Below are positions 9,540 to 20,655 of a stretch of 64,000 nucleotides of DNA, in pieces. The notes beneath the pieces were generated by a model. It saw only the letters and a list, made by a program, of their open reading frames with translations, did not search any database and was not told where the DNA came from. The stretch covers positions 224,001-288,000 of the forward strand of contig CAXXFF010000004.1 in NCBI GenBank assembly GCA_963676835.2, given 5' to 3'. This DNA comes from Marispirochaeta sp. (GTDB taxonomy: Bacteria > Spirochaetota > Spirochaetia > JC444 > Marispirochaetaceae). How positions within the stretch are numbered: the first letter of the stretch is position 1; each line of letters begins with the position of its first letter. The position numbers were made by a program, and so were the translations under genes.

Positions 9540-10739
9540 ATGCACTTACCGTTTATGCATGCAGAAGTTGAACGTCTAAGCAACAGAGAAGATCTGAAAG
9601 TACGCAGCCGCCAGAAGGCAGCTATTCTGAAAGAAATATACCTTATGCCTGAACCATCCAGACGCGCAATAGTCAAAAGTCTGGGAATCCGGAGCAGCAC
9701 TATTTCCGCATTGATAGATGAACTGATTGAGAGCAAGGCCATACAGGAAACCGGAAGACAGACAAATGAGCGCGGCCGTCCCCGGCTAAACCTTGCCTTA
9801 GGATCAAACAGCCGCATAATTTTATCAATTTATGCAGAGCATTTTCAGCTTATCGGAGGACTGGTTAATCTCGAAGAGCAGGTAATCTCAGAAGCTGTGA
9901 TTCCCATACCCAAAGAAACTACAAGTGCAGAATTTATACAAATATTTGATAACATGATAGAACAGCTGTTAGCACTGGTGCCGGAAAATGCAAAGCTTGT
10001 GGGTGTTGCTTTTTCTCCCCTTGGGACTGTTAATGCGTCTAATAACCAATGGTCCAAGGTCAGCCGCTGGCCGAACATTGAAAAGGTAGATTTCAACTAC
10101 ATTACAGAAAAGTACGGATTGCCTGTAAAGCTCAGACGAAATATCGAAACAATTCTTGATTATGAAATACAGACTACCCGTGAATTCTGGAATAAAGATA
10201 TTGCCCTTTTTCACTGGGGATACGGTGTCGGTTCTTCCTTTGCATCAAAGGGTCAGGTTATCGATACGGAGCGAGGAAACTATACAGGGATCGGCCATAC
10301 ACTTGTTAATCCCGATTCAAGTCAGAAATGCCACTGCGGAGCTCTGGGATGCCTCGAATCAGAGGCTGCAATCTGGTCCCTCCTGCCGCAATATGCGCAA
10401 ATAGATCCGCGGGTTTTACAGGATGTGGATAAAACCTATGAAATTCTTGCAGATGCCTTTTCCGAAAAGTATCCGTTTTTTAAAGAAGCTATGAATGCAA
10501 TAAAAATCGGTTTGTATAATTTATGTAAAATTTACAGTCCCGATTATGTTCTTTTTTTAAGCCCTTTTGCGCGTAACAGCAATATAGTAGCGACATTGAA
10601 ACGAACAACAGAAACATCGTTCCCCAAAGCGACCAACTTCGAGCCGGAGTTTCGTGTTATTGACGGTGATTACCGAGGAGCTCTTTATGCGAATGTGTAT
10701 CCGTTTATACGGGACGAGTTGCTGGAGATAATCGGGTGA
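9540..10739 (+). CDS. ROK family transcriptional regulator
   Basis: N-terminal HTH with GRPR, GYGVG, GHT..CHCGALGCLE zinc motif. Confidence 0.9.
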   Translation: MHLPFMHAEVERLSNREDLKVRSRQKAAILKEIYLMPEPSRRAIVKSLGIRSSTISALIDELIESKAIQETGRQTNERGRPRLNLALGSNSRIILSIYAEHFQLIGGLVNLEEQVISEAVIPIPKETTSAEFIQIFDNMIEQLLALVPENAKLVGVAFSPLGTVNASNNQWSKVSRWPNIEKVDFNYITEKYGLPVKLRRNIETILDYEIQTTREFWNKDIALFHWGYGVGSSFASKGQVIDTERGNYTGIGHTLVNPDSSQKCHCGALGCLESEAAIWSLLPQYAQIDPRVLQDVDKTYEILADAFSEKYPFFKEAMNAIKIGLYNLCKIYSPDYVLFLSPFARNSNIVATLKRTTETSFPKATNFEPEFRVIDGDYRGALYANVYPFIRDELLEIIG

Positions 10740-10925
10740 ATGATTTTTTTCCGGAACTAAATATAAGTTGATGTTCTACGCGTTTATTCAAACTCTTCTT
10801 AAAAAGCACCACTTTTTTAAATCCCACACACAAACAGAAGAAGGAGAAAACTGTTTGTAGAATATGCTGCCAATATTGAAGGCTTAAAATAATAGCAGCA
10901 TTTTTTCCTTACAAGTTCTTATACG

Positions 10926-12383
10926 TTACGATATCAGCTCCGTTGGAATAGGAGTATAGGCAAGCAGTTTATCAATGACTGCTTCTTTTCCGCCATGCTC
11001 GGCAAGAGTCTTTGCCTGCCGTTCATGTGCAGCCTTATTTATTTCTTCCGGATTACAAATGCCCCTGAGAATTCCATCCATCTCTTCTACCAGAGCGGAA
11101 TATGCAGGGTCATCAATAAGATCGTTAAATTCCCCAGGATCATTCTCCAGATCGAACAGTTGGGGTTTGTAATTCATGTAGTAGTTATATTTATACTGTT
11201 TATAGCGGATCATATAGCCTGCATCCAGGTTGCCGATACAATGGGTTTCAGAAAAGATCGGCCGGTCTTCACTTTTTTCACCCCGGGCAAAAGGAAACAG
11301 AGATAATCCGGGTTTCCCTTCATCTTCAGGTTTTGAATCTGCTCCGACAGCTTCCAGTACGGTGGGAAATATGTCCAGTAATGATACAGCGCTGTTAACA
11401 CGGGTACCTTCGGGCAGGTCCGGTCCGGCCATGATCAGGGGAACCGCGACTGATCCTTCGTACATATTGTGTTTAAAGAAAAGTCCATGGTCGCCGGCAT
11501 TATCTCCATGATCGGTTGTATAAATAATCCGGGTATTTTCTGAAAGTCCGGCAGCCTCGAGAGCATCCAGCACATCACCTATCTGCCTATCCAGGTAGGT
11601 AACCATTCCATAGTAGGCAGCGATGGCTTTTCTATACTCTTCCTCAGTGAATGCTTCAGCCAGATGCAGTTCATTTCTAAAAACCTGTAAGGCCCCATGC
11701 TCAGGACGTTTTCCCGGTTCCCAGTCTTTTGGTAAAGGGATTTTATCGTAAGGTGTATACAGGTCCATAATGTCCTGAGGAACCTTCCACGGGAAATGCG
11801 GACAGACGAAGCCGACAAACAGACACCATGGTTTATCCTTTCCAGAGGCTTCATTGCTCAGAAATTCAACCGCCAGTTCACCAACTTTTTTGTCATATTC
11901 CAGATAGTCAGAATTTCCAGGGCCTGCATTAAGAACTGTATCCCTCAGCTTCGGACGGGTAAAGATTCCATCCCGGATACAGTGAGTTATATCACCAAGG
12001 TCATCCTTTACGTGAAGGGGGATTCTCTGATCAGGGAACCCTTCGGATGTGGATGCTATAGACTGGTAGTGCAGTTTTCCTATGGTTACAACCTCATGCC
12101 CCTGGTCTGTCAGGCGGTGGCCCCAACCCTCCTGCTCACCTTTATAAGGATGGGCATTATCCCAGTAGCCATGCTGGAAACTGTACTCTCCGGTTGTCAT
12201 CGATGCCCGGGAAGGACAACAGATGGGATTATTACAATATGCACTGTCAAAGGTAACACCCTTCGCTGCCAGTCGGTCCAGGTTAGGAGTATGTACGTAT
12301 GGGTTGTTGTAGCAACCGGTTATAAATTTATTATGCTGATCACTGAAAATGTACAGCAGGTTCATTGGTTTAGTATTTGTCAT
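10926..12383 (-). CDS. Cys-type sulfatase (choline-sulfatase-like), cytoplasmic
   Basis: SDQH, CCPSR signature, GKLH, PHFP, TDHGD; start placed at ATG 12383 with a GGGAG RBS. Confidence 0.93.
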   Translation of the reverse strand: MTNTKPMNLLYIFSDQHNKFITGCYNNPYVHTPNLDRLAAKGVTFDSAYCNNPICCPSRASMTTGEYSFQHGYWDNAHPYKGEQEGWGHRLTDQGHEVVTIGKLHYQSIASTSEGFPDQRIPLHVKDDLGDITHCIRDGIFTRPKLRDTVLNAGPGNSDYLEYDKKVGELAVEFLSNEASGKDKPWCLFVGFVCPHFPWKVPQDIMDLYTPYDKIPLPKDWEPGKRPEHGALQVFRNELHLAEAFTEEEYRKAIAAYYGMVTYLDRQIGDVLDALEAAGLSENTRIIYTTDHGDNAGDHGLFFKHNMYEGSVAVPLIMAGPDLPEGTRVNSAVSLLDIFPTVLEAVGADSKPEDEGKPGLSLFPFARGEKSEDRPIFSETHCIGNLDAGYMIRYKQYKYNYYMNYKPQLFDLENDPGEFNDLIDDPAYSALVEEMDGILRGICNPEEINKAAHERQAKTLAEHGGKEAVIDKLLAYTPIPTELIS

Positions 12384-12405
12384 TTGAATTCTCCCTATAG
12401 ATGTA

Positions 12406-13923
12406 TCAACTCTCAACGGTATCAAGTGAGACTTTTTTATTTTTTGCTATAAAACCCGTAATCGACACATACAGGATGTAGCCGATTGTAAGGATAAGAA
12501 ACGTTCCGGATATGGGACGCTGAAAGAAATGTAAAAAACTACCATCTTCGAACATCAAACCCCGCAAGAGATTGCGTTCAAGAATCGCACCAAGAATAAA
12601 CCCCATTACGAATGGCGTCATATCAAACCCCAGCTTAACCAGTACGAATGCCAGCACACCAATCATCCAGACAGAGTACACATCAAATATCCGGTTATTC
12701 TGACTATATGCACCTATTACGCAGAACAGCATGACTATTGTCAGAATATAATGCCGGGGGATCTTTACCAGATGAAGGAAAGTTTTCATTCCCCAGTATT
12801 CCACAAGAATCATTAATACGTTTGCAACGATCAGAGTCGCAAAGATCGCATAGATAATATCTGCGCTCTTTGTAAAAATAAGCGGTCCCGGAGCAATTCC
12901 CTGCAGGGTAAGGCCAGCTAAAAGAATTGCCGTACCGGCATCCCCAGGAATTCCCAGAGTCAGCAGAGGTACCATTGCTCCACCAGTTACTGCGTTATTT
13001 GCAGTCTCGGAAGCGATAATTCCGTCTTTAATTCCATTGCCGAATTCTTCCGGTGTCTTCGATGCATTCTTGGCTGCAGAATAGGCCATGATATTGGATG
13101 TTCCGGCACCGATTCCCGGTAGGATTCCAATAAATGTTCCCATTAGAGCTGAACGAACAAGATTAAAGACCTGACCTTGAAAATCCTTCAGCTTTACCCC
13201 GAAGCCTTTCAATTTGGAAGTGTCATAACTGAGGTCAAAATCATCCTTATATGACTGCCCGGAAAAAAGAAACAATTCTGCAACCGCGTAAACACTTACC
13301 AGTACACAAATCAGCTGAAATCCAGCATTAAAAGACTCAAACCCGAATGTAAACCGTGGAGTTACCTCCAGTGCCGCGGGTCCAATAGTTGCAACCATCA
13401 AACCTATGATGCCGCTCATCAGTCCCTTTATTATGGATTTACCGGTAAGGCCTGCAATCAGGGAAAGAGAAAACAATGTAACGGCAAAATAATCAGCAGG
13501 TGTGAACTTAACTGCAACCTCCGCCAGGCGGGGTGCAATATTGAACAAAATCACCAGACTTATCATACCGCCGACAAAAGATGAAATTAATCCGAAGCCC
13601 AAAGCAGCCGCCGGCCGTCCATTCCTGGCCATGGGATAACCATCAAATGTAGTTGCGATGGCTGCCGGGGTACCTGGTATACCAAGCAAAACAGCAGTTA
13701 TCATTCCTCCCGAAGTACCGCCAATATAAAGACCAATCAATAGCGCCATGGACGAAATGGTATTCATACTGAAAGTAATAGGCATCAACAAAGCCATACC
13801 CATGGAGGCTGTTAACCCTGGACTTGCACCAAACATAATTCCGACACAAGTTCCGAACAGGATTAACCCGATAACATTGAACGAAAGAATTGCATCAAAA
13901 CCTGTTATATATTGCATAAACAT
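12406..13923 (-). CDS. tctA: TctA
   Basis: GIPGTPAAIATTFDGYPMA, ASETANNA, LGIPGD. Confidence 0.95.
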   Translation of the reverse strand: MFMQYITGFDAILSFNVIGLILFGTCVGIMFGASPGLTASMGMALLMPITFSMNTISSMALLIGLYIGGTSGGMITAVLLGIPGTPAAIATTFDGYPMARNGRPAAALGFGLISSFVGGMISLVILFNIAPRLAEVAVKFTPADYFAVTLFSLSLIAGLTGKSIIKGLMSGIIGLMVATIGPAALEVTPRFTFGFESFNAGFQLICVLVSVYAVAELFLFSGQSYKDDFDLSYDTSKLKGFGVKLKDFQGQVFNLVRSALMGTFIGILPGIGAGTSNIMAYSAAKNASKTPEEFGNGIKDGIIASETANNAVTGGAMVPLLTLGIPGDAGTAILLAGLTLQGIAPGPLIFTKSADIIYAIFATLIVANVLMILVEYWGMKTFLHLVKIPRHYILTIVMLFCVIGAYSQNNRIFDVYSVWMIGVLAFVLVKLGFDMTPFVMGFILGAILERNLLRGLMFEDGSFLHFFQRPISGTFLILTIGYILYVSITGFIAKNKKVSLDTVES

Positions 13924-13940
13924 CTACATGATCTCCCTGA

Positions 13941-14441
13941 TTAAAAGCCCAGGATGCCATGCGGCAATCCAAGATTGAACAACGAAACAAACAAGTAGTC
14001 CAGCAATACCGCAGTTACGACCGCTGTTACTCCATACTTGAGATAGTTCACCTTCCCTTGAGGACTGATCACAATGAGTTGCAGCATTATAAAAAGAGCT
14101 GATGAAACAAGAAAACCGACAGGCTTCAGTATCAACATATAGATACCGACCAGACTAATTGTACCTACCGTTCTTATAACTGCTTTTTTAACATCAACAC
14201 CTTCATTATTGAAAACCTTATCTGTCTTCTTTTCCAATTTCAATTTTATCAGATCACTGATAATCAGAAGGATACTTAAAATGGCTAAAATGCCACCATA
14301 TATACGGGGCATGATATCCGGCCCGTACGCAGCAAGCAGGCTACGGGTTTGTATATTCATGCTGCTTATATAATAAAATACTGAAACAGCCAGCATACCT
14401 ATGCCAATCAGTAAGTCTTTACGACGTCTTAGAATATCCAT
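13941..14441 (-). CDS. tctB: TctB
   Basis: GPDIMPR motif, 4 TM segments, LPHGILGF C-terminus. Confidence 0.9.
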   Translation of the reverse strand: MDILRRRKDLLIGIGMLAVSVFYYISSMNIQTRSLLAAYGPDIMPRIYGGILAILSILLIISDLIKLKLEKKTDKVFNNEGVDVKKAVIRTVGTISLVGIYMLILKPVGFLVSSALFIMLQLIVISPQGKVNYLKYGVTAVVTAVLLDYLFVSLFNLGLPHGILGF

Positions 14442-14510
14442 ACTATTCCTTCAGTTAAATAAAATACCTGGTGCGAAGTAATTTATTTCACACCAGGTAT
14501 GACAATCTGT

Positions 14511-15482
14511 TTATCTCTTGGGTAGATAAGTGAAATACACCTCTAATTCTTTCTTGTAATTCGAGAGATATTCCTCTATACCAGCAGGATCCATATAAGC
14601 AACCTTTGCATTAATGTTTTTTACATCTTGTAGATATGCAGGATCTTTACTGACTGTTGCCATTGCATCTGATATTTTCTTGATTATCGCAGAATCAGTT
14701 CCTTTGGGAGCAAGAAGATACTGAAAACGATCCCGTACAATATCAAGCCCCTGTTCTCTGGCAGTGGGAATATCAGGACAGATCGAACTTCGTTCTGTGG
14801 ATAAGTTAACTGCAGTGAGTTTACCAGTATCTACATAATCCTTAACAATGCTGTATGGTGCATAAGTAGCGGCGATATGTCCGCCCACCATTAAAGGAAG
14901 ACGCTCAGCCATCTGACCGCCGTCAACAATCTTCAAGTCGACACCAAGCTTTTTTTCTACAACATAGGGAAGAATTGAGATAAATGCTCCGCTTTCTCCC
15001 GCATAACTTACAGTCCCGGGATTCGCCTTGGCCGCAGAAGTAAAAGCAGGAACATCCCCGTATTTACCACTCATTACCCAGAACATATCCATCGAAATGC
15101 ATCCGCTCACCGGTTCAAAGGCATCATAACCGAAATCCATAAGGCCCAAACCATGGTTGGTAACTATATCCTCGGTTGTATACACATATGTATATCCATC
15201 AGGTGCAGAATTCTTTGCCTCTGTATAGCCTATTGAGCCGCTTCCACCTTTAATATTAGTAATGGTCACAGGCTGACCGAGAGCTTTCGCCAGGTGTTTT
15301 GCCACCACACGGGCATTTAAATCCGTACCACCTCCGGCACTGGCAGGAACGATAATGTTTACCGCCTTTGCCGGCCAGCTGTCAGCCTGTGCAGCACCAC
15401 CCTGCTGTGATTCCTTCTGCCCTTCGCAGAATCCTGCCACCATCATTACAACCATCAAGGCCATGACAACGATCTTTTTCAC
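14511..15482 (-). CDS. tctC: TctC substrate-binding protein
   Basis: WPAKAVNIIVPASAGGGTD, PDGYT; probable GTG start at 15482 after AAGGAG. Confidence 0.92.
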   Translation of the reverse strand: MKKIVVMALMVVMMVAGFCEGQKESQQGGAAQADSWPAKAVNIIVPASAGGGTDLNARVVAKHLAKALGQPVTITNIKGGSGSIGYTEAKNSAPDGYTYVYTTEDIVTNHGLGLMDFGYDAFEPVSGCISMDMFWVMSGKYGDVPAFTSAAKANPGTVSYAGESGAFISILPYVVEKKLGVDLKIVDGGQMAERLPLMVGGHIAATYAPYSIVKDYVDTGKLTAVNLSTERSSICPDIPTAREQGLDIVRDRFQYLLAPKGTDSAIIKKISDAMATVSKDPAYLQDVKNINAKVAYMDPAGIEEYLSNYKKELEVYFTYLPKR

Positions 15483-15722
15483 ATAAATCTCCTTATTAAC
15501 AGTTCTTTTTTCCATCACGGAAATAAGTTATAAAAATAGTATCATTGGTTTTTTTAGAAAGCAACGATTATTTCATTGTATGCGCTAATTTTCCTGCAGA
15601 TCAACACAAAAACGGTTGCTACTTTTTTTCATCTCGTGTATAAGTGTTGACAATTTAACAAAAAGTAGTATGATGAAGACTATGTTACGGCAACACGTAC
15701 AACATATTCCAGGTGTAACCAA

Positions 15723-16979
15723 ATGTCATTTTTAGAAGCCATAGCATCATTACCGGAAAACGTATTATTTTATTTTAATATTGTACAGAAAAACGGCCCC
15801 ATAACAATCAACGAAATTATTGAACAAACGGACATAAGCCGCGGACGCCTCATGCGAGTATTTAAACAACTAGAGGATGAAGACCTTATCGTCCAGCACG
15901 GTAATGATGAATCCACCGGCGGCAGACGGTCTGTTTTATATGATGTTAATGCTGCAAAGTATTTTTTCGTAGGCTTTTCTATAGGATCTGCCCGGTTTTC
16001 CATTCACATAGTCAACATTAAAGGCGAACATGTTGCCTCACGGACAGGCCCCTTAAGAAGTGATCAAACCCTGACCGATTTCCAGGTAAAAGCAGATGCT
16101 TTAATACAGGAAATGATAAACGAGCATAACATCAGGTTTGAACAGCTGGTCGGGCTTGGCGTAGGTGTGGCCGGTATAGTTAACCGGAAGCAGGGCTTTG
16201 TAATCCGTAGGTACTCCGCCTCCCTCCATTCATCATGGGTAAACTCTCCTCTGGCAAATATCTTTCAATCAAAATTCGGACTGCCGGCCTTGATTGACAC
16301 AAATGTTCTGGGGGAAGCATTAATTGATTATTACTATGGAGAAGGACGCAGTTCCGATTGCCTGCTTGTTGTTTACTGCAGCATGAATATCTCCAGCGCA
16401 TTTATCTCAAGAGGACAAACGTTACGTGAACTGAACGCCTATGATGACGCATTGGCCCATATGACAATTGACATAGACGGACGCACATGTCCAACCTGCG
16501 GCAACTATGGCTGCGTAACAACATACTCATCGGTTACCGCAATACTTGATGAATTCAGACAACAGATAAAGATAGGAGTTCAAACTACCATTCAAAAAGA
16601 TTCTGATGACATCATTATAAATGATATAACCGAGGCTGCAGAGGCGGGCGACACCCTGTCAAAAGTAATAATAACCAAGGCTGCTCATGTATTAGGCTGC
16701 GGCCTGGCAAATTACATCCGCTTGTTAAACCCCGATACAATAATCCTGGCAGGCATGCTGATCGACAACTCAAATCTGTATTACTCTACAGTAATGGAAA
16801 CCACTAAAAAACGCTTAGGTGAGTACAGTACTCATCACGATATCCGCTTTATCTCCGAACAGGCATCCTCTTCAATTCCATACTCCGAAGCCGGAGCCAT
16901 TCTTTATCTTGAAAACGCAATAAATCCTCAGGAAAATCTTATCCCAAGATTCAACTCCAGGACCAGAGACAATACCTGA
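15723..16979 (+). CDS. ROK family transcriptional regulator
   Basis: HTH, STGGRR, AHM..CPTCGNYGC motif; upstream TTGACA-16-TATGAT at 15647-15674. Confidence 0.9.
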   Translation: MSFLEAIASLPENVLFYFNIVQKNGPITINEIIEQTDISRGRLMRVFKQLEDEDLIVQHGNDESTGGRRSVLYDVNAAKYFFVGFSIGSARFSIHIVNIKGEHVASRTGPLRSDQTLTDFQVKADALIQEMINEHNIRFEQLVGLGVGVAGIVNRKQGFVIRRYSASLHSSWVNSPLANIFQSKFGLPALIDTNVLGEALIDYYYGEGRSSDCLLVVYCSMNISSAFISRGQTLRELNAYDDALAHMTIDIDGRTCPTCGNYGCVTTYSSVTAILDEFRQQIKIGVQTTIQKDSDDIIINDITEAAEAGDTLSKVIITKAAHVLGCGLANYIRLLNPDTIILAGMLIDNSNLYYSTVMETTKKRLGEYSTHHDIRFISEQASSSIPYSEAGAILYLENAINPQENLIPRFNSRTRDNT

Positions 16980-18226
16980 TGCAACCCTCACACCCCCCAT
17001 TCCACCTCATGGCCAAACCAATTGGACCTCTCTGCAACATCCGTTGTGAATACTGCTTTTACCTGAGCAAGGAAGAGCTATTCGGCCACGGAAGGCGGTC
17101 AGAATACACAATGACCGACGAGGTGCTTGAGGCATACACAAAAAAATACATAGAAGCTCAGCCGGAAGGGACAACTGCAATCAACTTCGCCTGGCAGGGA
17201 GGCGAGCCCACCCTGCTCCCCACGTCCTTCTATGAAAAAGCCCTGGAATTTCAGGAAAAATATAAACGTCCGGGAATGACAATCAGCAACGCCCTGCAGA
17301 CCAACGGAATTCTGATTGACCGTGAACGGGCTGAGTGGCTGGCTGCCAATAAGTTCCTTGTAGGCGTGAGCGTCGACGGTGACAAAAAACAACAGAACCG
17401 CTTCCGCAAAGACAGGGAAGGAAAGGGTGCTTTTGAAAAAGTAATGGCAGGTATTGAAAATCTCAAAGCCGCCGGAGCAGATTTCAATACCCTCACCGTC
17501 GTGCAGAATGATAATGCCCGGGATCCGGAAAGGGTATATAATTTTTTGAAAAGTATAGGTTCTGAATACCTACAGTTCATTCCTATCGTCGAACCCCTGC
17601 CCGATGGCTCAATCAGCAAACGTTCGGTGACACCCGAACAATGGGGCCGGTTTCTGAATACCGTTTTCGATCTCTGGGCACAGGAAGATATCGGCAAGAT
17701 CTATGTGCAGCATTTTGATCTGTTGCTGGGCCTGCATGCAGGATATCCATCATCGTTATGTGTTCATTCAGAAACCTGCGGGAATGCAATGGCAATAGAA
17801 CATGACGGAGGAATCTACAGCTGCGACCACTTTGTTTTCCCGGAAAATCTCTTGGGAAATATCCTTGAGGGGGATCTTCCCGCCATGCTCACCGGGAAAA
17901 AGCAGCGTGCTTTCGGTAATGGGAAAAGAGATAATCTCCCTGAAGAATGCAGACAATGCCGATGGCTGAAACTCTGTCACGGCGGCTGCCTGAAAGACCG
18001 GCTGGTACCGGCCACCGGCGGTATGCTAAACTATCTATGTACGGGGTATGCGTCATTTTATGAGCATACTGCTCCCTATTTTCAGGCAATGGTTCAATGC
18101 CTCCGGCAGAGGATCTCCCCCGCCGGATTCCGGCAGTTTTTCCTGGTGGAAAAAGATTCCGCTGGAAGAAACGATCCCTGCCCTTGTCTGAGCGGCAAAA
18201 AATACAAGCAGTGTCACGGCAAGTAA
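16979..18226 (+). CDS. Anaerobic sulfatase maturase (radical SAM/SPASM, anSME/AslB type) with C-terminal SEC-C motif
   Basis: CNIRCEYC, WQGGEPTL, SPASM cysteines (YSCDH, CRQC..CHGGC), GRNDPCPCLSGKKYKQCH; TGATG overlap with the ROK gene. Confidence 0.95.
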   Translation: MQPSHPPFHLMAKPIGPLCNIRCEYCFYLSKEELFGHGRRSEYTMTDEVLEAYTKKYIEAQPEGTTAINFAWQGGEPTLLPTSFYEKALEFQEKYKRPGMTISNALQTNGILIDRERAEWLAANKFLVGVSVDGDKKQQNRFRKDREGKGAFEKVMAGIENLKAAGADFNTLTVVQNDNARDPERVYNFLKSIGSEYLQFIPIVEPLPDGSISKRSVTPEQWGRFLNTVFDLWAQEDIGKIYVQHFDLLLGLHAGYPSSLCVHSETCGNAMAIEHDGGIYSCDHFVFPENLLGNILEGDLPAMLTGKKQRAFGNGKRDNLPEECRQCRWLKLCHGGCLKDRLVPATGGMLNYLCTGYASFYEHTAPYFQAMVQCLRQRISPAGFRQFFLVEKDSAGRNDPCPCLSGKKYKQCHGK

Positions 18227-18280
18227 TCTGAAATCGACAATGTTATTCAGGTAGCCCAACCCGCTGATAAGGATAAAATT

Positions 18281-19063
18281 ATGGATGTACTTTACATGCT
18301 GGTCAGCTTCTTCTCCTCAATTGTCGGCGCAATAAGCGGCATCGGCGGCGGTGTTATCATAAAACCAGTGCTGGACAGCATCAGCCCCTTCAGTGTTGCT
18401 ACCATCAGCTTTCTTTCGGGCAACACCGTTCTTGCAATGTCTGTAGCAACCCTTATCCGCAGTAGAAAAAGTGCTGTATCCATTAACAAACGGACAAGTT
18501 CGCTCATGGCCTTCGGCGGCATCCTGGGCGGAATCGGCGGAAAGTATATTTTCGATCTTGTTCGTAAAGGCTTCGGTAACGACAGCATTATAGGTATTTC
18601 CCAGTCCTCCATGCTGATTCTTCTTTGTATCGGGGTAATCATCTTTACACTCTATAAAAAAAGAATCACCCCCCTCCATCAGAACGGAAGCATTTTCAGC
18701 ATCGCCATCGGAATTCTTCTTGGAGGAATTGCCTCCTTCCTCGGAATCGGCGGAGGCCCGATTAACCTTGCGGTCCTTTATCTCTTCTTCTCCATGGAAG
18801 CAAAGACAGCAGCCCTCAATTCAATCTTCATAATCTTCTTCTCTCAACTCGCCAATCTGCTGTTCTCCATTGCAGGCGATAAAATTCCCGATTTTAACCC
18901 GGTGATACTCTTACTGATGATCGGAGGCGGAATTATCGGGGGAATAACCGGGGCACATATTTCCCATCGAATGAATCACAATCAGGTGGATAAGCTTTTT
19001 ATTGTTGTGCTTTCAGGGATCATCCTACTATGTGGATACAATCTGTTCGGGTGGATTTTATAG
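18281..19063 (+). CDS. Sulfite exporter TauE/SafE family permease
   Basis: Two GIGGG repeats, about 8 TM segments. Confidence 0.88.
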   Translation: MDVLYMLVSFFSSIVGAISGIGGGVIIKPVLDSISPFSVATISFLSGNTVLAMSVATLIRSRKSAVSINKRTSSLMAFGGILGGIGGKYIFDLVRKGFGNDSIIGISQSSMLILLCIGVIIFTLYKKRITPLHQNGSIFSIAIGILLGGIASFLGIGGGPINLAVLYLFFSMEAKTAALNSIFIIFFSQLANLLFSIAGDKIPDFNPVILLLMIGGGIIGGITGAHISHRMNHNQVDKLFIVVLSGIILLCGYNLFGWIL

Positions 19064-19169
19064 ACCCTTCCCCTCATTTCTGAAAAATTTCTCCTTTTCC
19101 GCTATAGCATTTTCTGATAATATTGTATGCAATACTGTTCTGGTAATATGCAGAAACGAGAGGCGTATA

Positions 19170-20447
19170 ATGTCAAAACTGAACGAAATGCTCGACGATT
19201 ACAAAATTCCCGCTGTGGCAAAGGTCAAACAGATTTTTGACAGTACCCATCTTGAAAACCCGGAAGAAAAATTAACCTCCCTGCTGCATGAGAAAAACCT
19301 TCCAATAAAGCAAGGCGACCGTATTGCCATTACCGGTGGCAGCCGCGGAATTGCCGGGTACGAACGCATCATGCGCACAGCAGTAGAATACGTAAAAGAG
19401 CGGGGCGGTATCCCCTTTATAGTACCCGCAATGGGAAGCCACGGCGGCGGGACAGCAGAAGGCCAGGTGGCAATGCTGAAGGAACTGGGAATAACAGAAG
19501 AAAGTGCGGGCGCGCCGATTGTGGCTAGCATGGACGTTGTTGAAATTGCCACAACAGACCTGGGCCTGCCGGTATATATTGACAAACACGCCTATGAGGC
19601 AGACGGCATCCTCCTCCTGAACCGGGTAAAGACTCATACCTCGATACGGGAAGAATACCAGAGCGGCCTGGTTAAAATGCTCGCCATAGGTCTTGCAAAA
19701 CACAAAGGCTGCGCCATGACTCACAGCCTGGGAACCCCGTTTCTCGGCAAGAATATGGTGCGTGTCGGCCTGACGGCGCTGAAACACCTGAAGATCGTCG
19801 GAGGTATTTCAGTAATAGAAAACGGCTACGAACAACTGGCAGATGTATATGTTTCCCTCCAGGAGGAGATAGCGGCAACCGAACCTGATATTCTAAAAAG
19901 AGCCACCGCCATGGTTCCCCGCATCTACCTGGACCAGATAGATGCACTGATTGTATTCGAACAGGGCAAGGAGATAGCCGGAACCGGCATGGATCCCGCC
20001 ATTGTCGGACGCCCCATTAATCGTCTGCCGAATATCGGACCGGAGGTGGAAGCTCTCGGAATATTGAGAGTAACCAGCCACTCCCGGGGCAATGCCGCAG
20101 GCTGCGGCATGGGCGACTTTATTTCCAGAAAGTTACGGAACAGCATTAACGAAGAAGCTACCATTGTTAATTCGCTTACAGGGATGAAGCCTTTTCTTGC
20201 CAATATTCCGCCGACAATGGAAACCGATGAGCTTGTCTTTAAAGCCTGCGTTAAGGCTGCCGGTCAGATAAAGACAGAAGATTTAAAGCTGGTAATTATC
20301 CGCAACTCCCGCTGTCTGGATGAGATTTACCTTTCCAAAGCGGCATTGGAAGCAGTATCATCCCCGGAACTGGTGGAGCAGGTTTCGGATTTTGAGGAAG
20401 TGGTTTTTACCCGGGACGGATTACTGGATCTGTTTGAAGAGGCTTAG
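19170..20447 (+). CDS. Lactate-racemase-domain (LarA/DUF2088) protein
   Basis: GSRGI, PAMGSHGGGTAEGQ, RVKTHT, SGLVKMLAIGLAK; start ATG 19170 after GAGG. Confidence 0.85.
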   Translation: MSKLNEMLDDYKIPAVAKVKQIFDSTHLENPEEKLTSLLHEKNLPIKQGDRIAITGGSRGIAGYERIMRTAVEYVKERGGIPFIVPAMGSHGGGTAEGQVAMLKELGITEESAGAPIVASMDVVEIATTDLGLPVYIDKHAYEADGILLLNRVKTHTSIREEYQSGLVKMLAIGLAKHKGCAMTHSLGTPFLGKNMVRVGLTALKHLKIVGGISVIENGYEQLADVYVSLQEEIAATEPDILKRATAMVPRIYLDQIDALIVFEQGKEIAGTGMDPAIVGRPINRLPNIGPEVEALGILRVTSHSRGNAAGCGMGDFISRKLRNSINEEATIVNSLTGMKPFLANIPPTMETDELVFKACVKAAGQIKTEDLKLVIIRNSRCLDEIYLSKAALEAVSSPELVEQVSDFEEVVFTRDGLLDLFEEA

Positions 20448-20655
20448 AATTTGAAGATCCTTCCAGATTATTGGAAGATGGTTTCTGATCTTCAACCGCA
20501 GACAGTCCGGAACTTTATTTTATAAAACCATATCACCGGAAAGTATATCCTGATCAGCAACTGGACAGGAATGCAATTAATTTTCAGTAATTACAAGAAG
20601 CCTCCACTGATACAAAATCAGATGGAGGTTCCGAAATTTTGTTAGCGAAAAGCAG

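Noticed and set aside
19121..19134. TATTGTATGCAATA imperfect palindrome upstream of the LarA-like gene, and imperfect palindromes before the ROK genes (~9518, ~15681)
   Set aside because: Plausible operators, but single AT-rich imperfect instances; too weak to call.
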